Shown piece by piece: positions 31,473 through 39,711 of a stretch of DNA of 42,493 nt. The notes under the pieces were generated by a model. That model was given only the letters and a program-made list of their open reading frames with translations. It made no database searches and was not told where the DNA came from. The stretch covers positions 1 to 42,493 of the IMG/VR virus record IMGVR_UViG_3300017747_000960; one strand, written 5' to 3'. This DNA comes from a virus. Taxonomy: Duplodnaviria > Caudoviricetes. Both the position numbers and the translations under genes were made by a program. Positions within the stretch are counted from its first letter, which is position 1, and each line of letters begins with the position of its first letter.

Positions 31473-33224
31473 TTAACCTTTCTTGGATGGCATAGCGCCA
31501 CGTGAAGAAGTAGAGGCGCAACCTTTGAAGCCACGTGCTTTGGACTTGATGAGGCCGCCGTCAGCCGCGCACTCAAAGCAACAGCAACAGTAACATTCAC
31601 AGCAACAGCATTCACACGAGCAACAGTCACCGCAATCACCGCAATCACCGCAATCACCGCAATCACCGCAATCAGAACCGCCTCCACCACCAATACCTTT
31701 GAAGATGTCTCCGAGGCCTGATTTGATGCCGGGGAAACATTTGACAAGTGCTTTGCCTGCGGTGCCCAATGCGGCCGCGCCAGACAGCGGAGACATGCAC
31801 AAAGTAGTCTTCGTGCCAGTTGGGATGCTGTAGCCCTGAAGCAGGGTTCCAAGCGATTGCAACTTGGTGAGCGGATAGTTCTGCTCGTTCTGTGCAATGG
31901 TCTGTTGCTGGCCACCAAGGGTAGACAGCGCGTTGATACAGGCCAAGTTCATGTTGGCACCAGTCTGTGCCAAGTTTCCCATGTTGACGCCTGCTTGGTT
32001 CAACAAGTTGCCTTGGTTTGCCGCCGCCTGTGCGGCAGTTTGTGCCGCAGTGAGGTTGGCTTGATTCTGTGCAGTCTGGGCCTGCGATGCAGTTGAACCC
32101 AAGCCTGCCGCAATCTGGTTTGCGCCTTGTTGCAAATTGCCAAGGTTTGATCCTGCGTTGATCCTGTTTTGTGCTTCCTGATTTGTTAGTGAACCAGCAG
32201 TCGATCCCAACTGTGCAAGTGTGTTGGCCTTCTGCTGAGTCAACGTGCCTTGGATGTTGCCGGCATTGATCAGGTTCTGCATTTGCTGGCCAGTCAGTTG
32301 ACCAGATGTCTGACCTAATTGGCCAAGCAAAGAGGCCTGCTGTTGCGCCAATGTGCCTGCGGTGTTACCTGCATTGGCCACCAGTGCGTTTTGCTTGCCA
32401 GCGGCGCACAAAGCCTGTCCATAGCCCTGAGACATCATCTGGGCAATCTGGTTGTTTAGGTCTTGTTGTGCTTGGGCAGTAATCTGACCTTGAACCTGAG
32501 CACCACGCTGTGATCCAAACTGGCCAGAGCCCACTGCGGCGGCGGCGGCCATAGGTGACAAATTCTGACGGATGTTTCTCTGTGCAATGTCCGACATCGA
32601 CTGCACCGCAGTCTTGAGGTACGGGTTCATGTACGAAGCGGCCAAGTCAGCAGGGCTGGTGCCAGTGGCTTGTTGGAGGTAAGGCTGTGCCGCACTCAAT
32701 CCACCGCTTGTGGCGGCTTCCTGAAGATACGGTTGGGCCGCGCCAGTCATGTTCAGCTTGGTAGCTTGGTTGACGTACTGGCCAGACACGCATGCACCGC
32801 ATGTGCCTGCCGCACTTCCCAAGTATTGGTTGGCAGAAGCCAAACCAGACATGTTTGCACCCCTGCAAATCAAAGGCTGTCCAGCCTCGTAGCCAGTCGT
32901 ACACATGGCAGTCTTGGCGTAAGGCTCCATGGCGCTCAGAGGGCTAGAACCGGTGCCGGCTTTAAGGTAAGGAGATGCCGCGCCCGTAATGTCTTGCCCA
33001 GCCGCTTGGCCCACCAAATTCTTGCCGGCAGTGATGCCTGCTTGCTGGGCTCCAAAGTTTTGACAGGCCTGTGCAAATGCCTTCTCTTGCAAAGGCTGGG
33101 CTCCTGCAAATTGCGCCTGATCAGCGGCCGTTTGACCCTTGCTTGCAAGGTTACTCAGGTAGTCGGTGTAATAACCCGGCGCATTCGTTTGTTTATTTTG
33201 CGAGGATTGCAGTAAGTTTGCCAT
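31473..33224 (-). CDS. Putative ejection/DNA-pilot protein, Gln/Ala/Gly repeats, Cys-rich C-terminus
   Basis: 583 aa; GQFGSQRG pilot-like motif; 16- and 18-residue repeats; about 28 Cys. Confidence 0.7.
   Translation of the reverse strand: MANLLQSSQNKQTNAPGYYTDYLSNLASKGQTAADQAQFAGAQPLQEKAFAQACQNFGAQQAGITAGKNLVGQAAGQDITGAASPYLKAGTGSSPLSAMEPYAKTAMCTTGYEAGQPLICRGANMSGLASANQYLGSAAGTCGACVSGQYVNQATKLNMTGAAQPYLQEAATSGGLSAAQPYLQQATGTSPADLAASYMNPYLKTAVQSMSDIAQRNIRQNLSPMAAAAAVGSGQFGSQRGAQVQGQITAQAQQDLNNQIAQMMSQGYGQALCAAGKQNALVANAGNTAGTLAQQQASLLGQLGQTSGQLTGQQMQNLINAGNIQGTLTQQKANTLAQLGSTAGSLTNQEAQNRINAGSNLGNLQQGANQIAAGLGSTASQAQTAQNQANLTAAQTAAQAAANQGNLLNQAGVNMGNLAQTGANMNLACINALSTLGGQQQTIAQNEQNYPLTKLQSLGTLLQGYSIPTGTKTTLCMSPLSGAAALGTAGKALVKCFPGIKSGLGDIFKGIGGGGGSDCGDCGDCGDCGDCGDCCSCECCCCECYCCCCFECAADGGLIKSKARGFKGCASTSSRGAMPSKKG
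31627..31671. repeat. Coding tandem repeat, 5 x TCACCGCAA (Cys-Gly-Asp)
   Basis: Five perfect 9-bp units. Confidence 0.95.
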
Positions 33225-33226
33225 TT

Positions 33227-35377
33227 TTAACCTTTCGTCTGCTTGATGTAGTCAAGGGGAGACTTCGCCTTAGGTGGTATTTTACTTGTGGGTGCCGATC
33301 TTTTGTGTGCGCGCAACTTCTCACGCAGACCATCAAGAATCTTTGCACCCGCCTTGTTGTCGCCACCACCGAGGGCTGAAACAAAACCTGCTGGGAAAAC
33401 GTACTCGCCGTCTGCAATCTTGGCTGGTACGGGTTTGCCTTTTGCTTTTTCATCGTGACGAATCTGACTGCGGAAGCCTTCAAGGACTTCACGGCCAGCC
33501 TTGCTGGAGCCGTCACCCAAAGCCGCCACCACGTCAGCGTCCATCACGTAGTCGCCATCGTGAAGCATTGCTGGGATGTCGTCTGATTGACCTGTGCCAC
33601 CGCCGCAAGCGTAGTAGCCAGTCATGCCCGTCACAAACTCTGGGTTGTGGTTGTCAGGCATGGCGTCTTGATACTTCTTAGGCAGGCCACCAGCGGCCAA
33701 GCCACCCATATTGCCATGCTGGGAGATACGCTGTTGCAAGTGAGTCAACTGCTTGAGAGTCAAAGGCTGGCGTTTGCTTGATGCGGAGTTGACCAACATG
33801 TCCGAGCCGCAATTTACAAACTTGGGCATGTACTTGGCGTCTTGGTTGTAGCAATAGGTCATTGAGCCTTCAACGTTGCCGCCCTCCGCAAAACTGCCAC
33901 CGTGCGCAAGTCCACCCGTAGGTTCGCCAAACGGGTTGAGTTTGATCTGAGGCACACCTCCAAAACGGTCTTGCATTTCTTTAGCCAAGCAACCATCCAT
34001 GCGGCCATAAATGTCCTGCAACTTAGTTTGACTGGGCGTTTCAGGATTAGTTTTGTCAAAAACAATTTGATTGCGCAACAACGAGTCGCGTGTGTCAAGC
34101 CATGGGATAGCACCGCAACCAAGAGTACCAAGCGTTCCCACAGTTTGCACTGTTTTTGTTTTTGGAATCTTGATCTTTGGAATCTTGATTTTTGGCGGCT
34201 TGACTACGGGCGGTTTGACCACGGGTGGCTCATCTTCGCAATCACATACGCAAGTTACTTCACATGCATCTCTCTTAGCTGTAACCGTAACTGTCGGGAG
34301 GGAGGGAACTGATGGGACGTTGGTGCAACCAACTTCACACGCATCTTTTGTTCCAGTAACCGTAACTGTTGGAAGTGTTGGAGTAGTACATGTATCACGT
34401 GTGCCAGTCACATTGACTGTTGGCAAACAAGTTACTTCACAAGCATCCCTTTTTGCGGTCACTGTGACTGGTGGAAGTTCTGTAATAGGCGTGTTTACGG
34501 TATCTGTGGTTGTTGGCAAGCCACCAGTAACAGTTGTATTTGATGTGCAAGTCAAGTCAGTACAAGTTGGTCTTGTGCCAGTGACGGTGACGGTATCAAG
34601 AGCACCAGTGCCCGTTGTGGCTCCGGTGCCTGTTGTATCGGCCGATCCGATGGTACCAAGGCTACGGGTCAAACCAGTAGAAGTGCCAGAAACATCTGTG
34701 CAAAAGTCACGGTTACCAGTGACAGTGACCGTGTTGTCAGTGTTTTCGCCAATCTGAGTTGTGGCGCCGCCCGGCAATGCGCCAAGGTTTGTTGTCGATG
34801 CACAGCCTTGTGCGCAATCATCGCCTGCGGCAACAGCAGTAACTGGAAGGCCACCCGATGATGTACAAATATTACTGAGACTTCTGGTAAGGTCTTTAGT
34901 ACCAGTGTTGATCAAGTTGTTGGCCATGGCACCAACAGCACCACACACAATGTTCTGACCTTTAAGGCCAGATGCCACAGCACCCTTGGCACCTGCGGTC
35001 ACCACGTTACTGGCGGCGCAACTTAAATCAAATGCGCATGTAATTTGATTGCCAGCAAAAGTTCCAATCTCAGCACCAATCATGTTTAGACCAGTGTTGA
35101 GTAAAGCCTTCTCAAGTGGGACACCAGTAGCAACGCTGTAGCCAAAGTTGAACGCAGGCAGTAGGCTGGGCGCGTAGATGGCAACACCAATCTTGGCCAT
35201 CGTGCCAAGAGGGTCGTCCATGGCCGCTTGAATTGTGTTGCCTACTGCTTTAACGACAGGCTCAACAACCTCTTCAACTACGGTCTCAACGATGTCGCCA
35301 ATGCCCTCGACAACGGCACCAACGGCGTCGCCAACTGCTTCAAAAACGTCGCCAATTGCACTGACTACTGCTGACAT
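33227..35377 (-). CDS. Putative ejection protein with TonB-box-like repeats and duplicated tape-measure-like C-terminal domain
   Basis: 716 aa; amphipathic N-terminus, Thr/Cys-rich repeats, PPVVK/PKIKI segment, two (SDD)IPAxLxDG(D/E)YV domains; AGGAG RBS. Confidence 0.7.
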   Translation of the reverse strand: MSAVVSAIGDVFEAVGDAVGAVVEGIGDIVETVVEEVVEPVVKAVGNTIQAAMDDPLGTMAKIGVAIYAPSLLPAFNFGYSVATGVPLEKALLNTGLNMIGAEIGTFAGNQITCAFDLSCAASNVVTAGAKGAVASGLKGQNIVCGAVGAMANNLINTGTKDLTRSLSNICTSSGGLPVTAVAAGDDCAQGCASTTNLGALPGGATTQIGENTDNTVTVTGNRDFCTDVSGTSTGLTRSLGTIGSADTTGTGATTGTGALDTVTVTGTRPTCTDLTCTSNTTVTGGLPTTTDTVNTPITELPPVTVTAKRDACEVTCLPTVNVTGTRDTCTTPTLPTVTVTGTKDACEVGCTNVPSVPSLPTVTVTAKRDACEVTCVCDCEDEPPVVKPPVVKPPKIKIPKIKIPKTKTVQTVGTLGTLGCGAIPWLDTRDSLLRNQIVFDKTNPETPSQTKLQDIYGRMDGCLAKEMQDRFGGVPQIKLNPFGEPTGGLAHGGSFAEGGNVEGSMTYCYNQDAKYMPKFVNCGSDMLVNSASSKRQPLTLKQLTHLQQRISQHGNMGGLAAGGLPKKYQDAMPDNHNPEFVTGMTGYYACGGGTGQSDDIPAMLHDGDYVMDADVVAALGDGSSKAGREVLEGFRSQIRHDEKAKGKPVPAKIADGEYVFPAGFVSALGGGDNKAGAKILDGLREKLRAHKRSAPTSKIPPKAKSPLDYIKQTKG
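34271..34738 (-). repeat. Six TonB-box-like peptide repeats
   Basis: DNTVTVTGNR, LDTVTVTGTR, LPPVTVTAKR, LPTVNVTGTR, LPTVTVTGTK, LPTVTVTAKR. Confidence 0.8.
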
Positions 35378-35378
35378 A

Positions 35379-35810
35379 TTACTCTCCTAAATTCAAGCCA
35401 ATGCGAGTTTTCCCGTCTTTTGCTCGAAAGACTTGATAGCCCATTCCGGGCATCGGTGGGTTCATCGCAATAATTTTGAACAATCGCTCAAGAGAGGGAT
35501 CGGTAAATTCTGTGACCAATACTTTGATTCCAAAAACTTTTTTAGCCCACACGGTAAACAGTTTGCTGTTTTCCACAAAGTTGGGGCCTGTGTCTGCATT
35601 AAATGCTTTGAAAAAACCTTGGCCGTCTTTGCCTTTGTGAAGTTCAAACAAAGTGTTGCCAAATTGTTTGACTTCAGTATTGGGCTGACTTAGTTCGTCA
35701 AGGATGGCAGGCATCATCACCTGAGGTGAGTGAGGCTGTTTATTGTTCTCAAGAAAAATGCCGATGATCTGGCCTGTATCTAGTTTCTGCTTTTTTGAAT
35801 CTATTTGCAT
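35379..35810 (-). CDS. Hypothetical protein, possibly a degenerate GNAT fold
   Basis: 143 aa alpha/beta pattern at the position before the ejection genes where podophages often carry a GNAT-like gene; fold not confirmed. Confidence 0.5.
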   Translation of the reverse strand: MQIDSKKQKLDTGQIIGIFLENNKQPHSPQVMMPAILDELSQPNTEVKQFGNTLFELHKGKDGQGFFKAFNADTGPNFVENSKLFTVWAKKVFGIKVLVTEFTDPSLERLFKIIAMNPPMPGMGYQVFRAKDGKTRIGLNLGE

Positions 35811-35811
35811 T

Positions 35812-36927
35812 TCATAACTCCGTTGTCATTACTGCGGCTGAATAAACGTTACCCATACCAGCCGCTAATGACAAAATGGCCCCTTTCGGAGCCTCAATGT
35901 CGTGCGACAAGAATACGTCGTCTTCTTGCGTTCTGTTTGGAATGCTCGGCACAAACCCGTTGGTCATATTGTCGATCAACATGCATGTTTCAAGCAAGCC
36001 GCTTACGCCCATCGTGTGACCAATTACCTGCTTGTACGAGGTGGCCACAAAGTCCGTGAAGGTCGATTCAATGGCCGCTCTTTCAGCCCGGTTGTTGGAT
36101 TTGGTGCCCGTGCCATGGGTTTTGATTACCGAAATGCATGCCGGGGTCAATTCAGCCATCTTCAGCGCGCCCTTTGAGGCCTTCACAAAGCCTTCGCCGT
36201 CATCAGTCTGGCCGATGGCATTGGCGCAGTTCTCTGAGGCCGTATAGGCCCCTAAAAGACGGCCCTTGGGGGTGATTCCACGGCGCTTGACCGTGGCTTC
36301 GTCCTCAAACACCGCCAAACAGGCCCCCTGACCCACGTGGAAGCCGCCGTTTACGCTGTCGAAGGCCGAGGGTAGGACACCCTCTTTTTCGTCCTTCCAA
36401 GCCAGCGATGCCTGTGCTTCACCGAAAAAGTTCAAAGTCAGGTTGCTTACTTGATCTTCCACGGCCAACACAATCACCCGGTTGAAACCGTAGAAGCGCA
36501 TTAGGGTTTGTACGTCCATGAGCACTTTCATGCTGGAAGCGCAGGCGGTGGAGTCGGTCACTATGTGGTCTACCGCACCAAAAATCTGAGCGGTACGGCC
36601 AGCGTATACCTGAGTCAGCGTCAGCGGCAGGAACTTGTATTCGTAGGTCAGGCTGTTGGGCTCTTGTTTGACGGCGTTGATGCCAGCAAAGTGGCCGTTG
36701 CCACCAGCCAGAATGAATGCTGTCTTGGCCTCAGTGTCTTCACGCAAAGTCTTGGCCAACTTCTGATCAATTACCTTGTCGGCAACCCGGTGCGGAGGGT
36801 AGAACAAGCCAGTCTTGACCTTGTCGTAGGATTCTGGAAACCAGTTCACCACCTGAGGGAAGCGGATGTCTTCAAACAGTTTGGTCTGGGTGCATGACGC
36901 AAGTCGGTAGTCGCTGAGGTAAATCAT
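35812..36927 (-). CDS. Beta-ketoacyl-ACP synthase (FabB/FabF-like ketosynthase)
   Basis: STACASS (Cys129), PSAFD...GFHVGQGA, KTHGTGT (His271), SYKQVIGH (Lys299, His304). Confidence 0.92.
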   Translation of the reverse strand: MIYLSDYRLASCTQTKLFEDIRFPQVVNWFPESYDKVKTGLFYPPHRVADKVIDQKLAKTLREDTEAKTAFILAGGNGHFAGINAVKQEPNSLTYEYKFLPLTLTQVYAGRTAQIFGAVDHIVTDSTACASSMKVLMDVQTLMRFYGFNRVIVLAVEDQVSNLTLNFFGEAQASLAWKDEKEGVLPSAFDSVNGGFHVGQGACLAVFEDEATVKRRGITPKGRLLGAYTASENCANAIGQTDDGEGFVKASKGALKMAELTPACISVIKTHGTGTKSNNRAERAAIESTFTDFVATSYKQVIGHTMGVSGLLETCMLIDNMTNGFVPSIPNRTQEDDVFLSHDIEAPKGAILSLAAGMGNVYSAAVMTTEL

Positions 36928-37205
36928 TTGATCAACTCCTGCGCCTCTTCAACCGACGCAGGGTCTCGTTTTTTGTGCTCTTCTAAGAAGTCAAACAATT
37001 GCTGTGGAGTCTCAGGGTGAAACTCTTTCACCAAGTCGTCTTCAATGTCGTAAATGATGGCCATGTACATGACGATCATTAGGCCATCAAGAGAGTCAAG
37101 TTCAGTCTCTTTAAATGGCGTCTCCATGCTCTCAAGCGGAGCAAGGTCTCGAAACGAAGGGCGCGCCTCCCGCGCCACCATGTTCAGTAAATCTAAAAAG
37201 TTCAT
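36924..37205 (-). CDS. Acyl carrier protein-like
   Basis: 93 aa, acidic, helical; LDSLD phosphopantetheine motif (Ser38); ATGA overlaps with the KS gene and the upstream gene. Confidence 0.82.
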   Translation of the reverse strand: MNFLDLLNMVAREARPSFRDLAPLESMETPFKETELDSLDGLMIVMYMAIIYDIEDDLVKEFHPETPQQLFDFLEEHKKRDPASVEEAQELIK

Positions 37206-37438
37206 TGTGCCCCCACATTTAAAATGCCGACAGCTTGCTCGGCCCACTCTTCCCAGTTATGAAATGCCCTCGAATCTGGAAGCCCTGATTGCTCAAGACC
37301 ACCAAACGTCGAGAACCCATCAACCCATTCCCGCCAATGCTCTTGAGGTACAACAGCAAGTTGCCGGGAAGCGAATAACTCAACCATCAGTTTGCAGTAC
37401 TGATCCCAAGTCATTCCGCGAGGGTCATAGGCAGTCAT
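37202..37438 (-). CDS. Small Trp-rich tail-associated protein
   Basis: 78 aa; DPRGMTW...WREW...WEEWAE; coupled to the nozzle gene. Confidence 0.7.
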   Translation of the reverse strand: MTAYDPRGMTWDQYCKLMVELFASRQLAVVPQEHWREWVDGFSTFGGLEQSGLPDSRAFHNWEEWAEQAVGILNVGAQ

Positions 37439-39711
37439 TATGGATTACCTGTGCCACGTACATCGCCAGTGTCTATGCTCAAAAGCACCCGGCCCATGAA
37501 ATAGTCTCCGTTTTGTGTATTACTCCTAAAGCGCATGCGCATCTCACGATACTGCTCACGCATATCAACCTTCAGCGTGTCTGGGGCAAACGTATACGGT
37601 TCTGATTCTTGCGTGGTGTCTTCGGCGTAGCCTTTACCCAGCACAACAACTTCCATGTTGCCGTTCTGCACGAAGTCAGGTTCAATGCGCTCACAGCGAG
37701 TCCAGACGTTGTCGCCGGGCTGTTCTACGGTACCCACAAGGCCCATGCGTGTGCCAAGAATGTTGGTCTCAAAGAACGAGTCAATTGCGTTCACCTGATT
37801 GGTGTACACCTCATTCGTTCCGGTCTCGTGTTGCCACAGTGTGTACTTGCCGGCCGTGTTTTGAACGTTGCCTGCCCAGATAGGACGACGGAACACTTCG
37901 GTGAACACACCAGCAGAGCGGCGCGCACCCAAGGCTTGGCCAGCGTCGTACCACACCTTCTCACGCACGTTGTAGATGATGGCGTCGTTGCACTCTTCTG
38001 AATCACCAGAAGGAAAGAACCACCAGATTTCACCCCAACGAGGCACCTTGCTCACCCAGACCTTTTGGCGCTGGACGTAGTTCAGGTTGTCAAAAAAGTA
38101 GTTGTTGTTTTGCTTGTTCTCGACCTCTTGCACAACACCGTTGTACATGAGGAAACGATCAGAACCCACCCAGTAAAAGATGCCGTCGTACTCAATTACG
38201 CACTGGCTTGAAAGAATAGAAGACTGCTGTGTGATCAAGTCATAACGCCAATACAGCGTCTGGTTTCCTACGGTGGTGGGTGAATAGGTGACCCGCACTA
38301 CAGAATCCAACGTCCAGAACAGGCCGGCAGGTGATGTTGTACCGCCCCGAACTGGCAGGCCCTTCACCACTTTGGTGGAAGAGATGTTGTTGCGGTTCGA
38401 GTCGGCCGATGTCCAGTTGTTGAAGTCACCAGCCGCACAGTTTCCAATGAAACCGTTGTTGCCATAGGTAAAAAGGTAAGGGAACAACATGACGATGCCG
38501 CCAGACACAGAGATGTTGTTGTCAAAAGTCAGAGTCGAGTAAGCGCCAAACGTAAGCCCGGTTGTTGACCCTGCCGTGGTGGTGATTGCCGCACCGCCAG
38601 ATGTGGCAGACAAGGTAAATGTGCTTGTTGTGTTGGTGGCAATAACGTAATACGTTCCAGCGGCAATACCTGTGGCGGTTCCAGTCAATGTTCCTGTTAC
38701 GACAACTGCTTGGCCAACTGCAATGTTGGTTGTGGCCGTGCAAGAAAATTGTCCAGCAGTGCCAGTTACCGCAACGCCAGCCAGCAAAGCACTTGGTGTT
38801 GATGCTGATGCATTTGCGCTCAATATGGCAGTCCACACTCCAGAAACTTCTTGTGCGCTTACCACCGTGGTGCCTGAGGGGATGCCAGTGCCTGTTACGG
38901 ACACGCCAGCACCAATACCCACGTTGGTGTTTGGAAAGGTTATTGTGGAAGAACCTGTGGTCGTTGTTGCTGTGTCCGTGAACACACCGACGGGTTGCAA
39001 TGTAGTCCCAGTGAACGGGCCAAACATGGGGCGCGTGTTCACCGAAGATGAGATGTCGGCCAAGTTCTGGCCGGGGTGTGCAATCAGGTTGTTCTGACCG
39101 TTACCGTAAGCGTCGTAACCAATGTCAAATTGCCACAGCGTGTTTGCGCTTGGAGCATAGGTTGTGAGGGCATCAATGTACCCAGTAAAGCCTGATCCTG
39201 TGCCGCCAATGCTTGCCGCAGAGATTGTGACCGCCGCATTGTGAACATAATTCACACCGCCACTGGTGACGACCACGCTAAACACCAAGTTGCTGGATAC
39301 CGTCACAGTAACTGTGCATCCAGTTCCAGCGGCTGTGGTAATAGACACGCCAGTGTATGTGCCGTTGGTGTATGCCGAGCCTTGGGTGGTGATACCAATT
39401 GATGCTACGGAGCCAACTGGCTCCACAGGTGTTGGGCCAAAACCCACACCATTGTCGTTGTCAGTCGTCCATTGCTCGATGCCGTTGTTGTATCCAGAGA
39501 TCACGTAGTTGAGCCCATTCTCTGCGCTCATGATCATCCCGCGACTGATCCCTGTGGCGTTCAAAAACGCTCCGTTGTATCCAGCAATTTTCCGAGGGCG
39601 TCCGTATTGGAAGCGAACCCACTTCCCGTCCACATAACTCACCGACGAAAAGATTGTCCCGTCCCGCTGTATGCCGGGGCCTACTTGAAGCGTGACGACC
39701 TTTGCTGTCAT
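37438..39711 (-). CDS. Tail nozzle / stabilisation protein (P22 gp10 or T7 gp12-like) with inserted beta domains
   Basis: 757 aa; DGKWVRF, FYWVG..FLMYNG and EIWWFFPS beta-propeller pattern; Thr/Gly-rich inserts. Confidence 0.75.
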   Translation of the reverse strand: MTAKVVTLQVGPGIQRDGTIFSSVSYVDGKWVRFQYGRPRKIAGYNGAFLNATGISRGMIMSAENGLNYVISGYNNGIEQWTTDNDNGVGFGPTPVEPVGSVASIGITTQGSAYTNGTYTGVSITTAAGTGCTVTVTVSSNLVFSVVVTSGGVNYVHNAAVTISAASIGGTGSGFTGYIDALTTYAPSANTLWQFDIGYDAYGNGQNNLIAHPGQNLADISSSVNTRPMFGPFTGTTLQPVGVFTDTATTTTGSSTITFPNTNVGIGAGVSVTGTGIPSGTTVVSAQEVSGVWTAILSANASASTPSALLAGVAVTGTAGQFSCTATTNIAVGQAVVVTGTLTGTATGIAAGTYYVIATNTTSTFTLSATSGGAAITTTAGSTTGLTFGAYSTLTFDNNISVSGGIVMLFPYLFTYGNNGFIGNCAAGDFNNWTSADSNRNNISSTKVVKGLPVRGGTTSPAGLFWTLDSVVRVTYSPTTVGNQTLYWRYDLITQQSSILSSQCVIEYDGIFYWVGSDRFLMYNGVVQEVENKQNNNYFFDNLNYVQRQKVWVSKVPRWGEIWWFFPSGDSEECNDAIIYNVREKVWYDAGQALGARRSAGVFTEVFRRPIWAGNVQNTAGKYTLWQHETGTNEVYTNQVNAIDSFFETNILGTRMGLVGTVEQPGDNVWTRCERIEPDFVQNGNMEVVVLGKGYAEDTTQESEPYTFAPDTLKVDMREQYREMRMRFRSNTQNGDYFMGRVLLSIDTGDVRGTGNP

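Noticed and set aside
31627-31671. Tandem repeat as a CRISPR array
   Set aside because: 9-bp units without spacers, in frame within a CDS.
31181-31918. 245-aa minus-strand ORF with VIAVIA repeats
   Set aside because: Alternative frame of the CGD repeat overlapping two real genes; no supporting start signal.
35812-37205. Host DNA contamination or a complete PKS/fatty-acid cluster
   Set aside because: Genes overlap phage tail genes on both sides, and no other fab or PKS genes are present.
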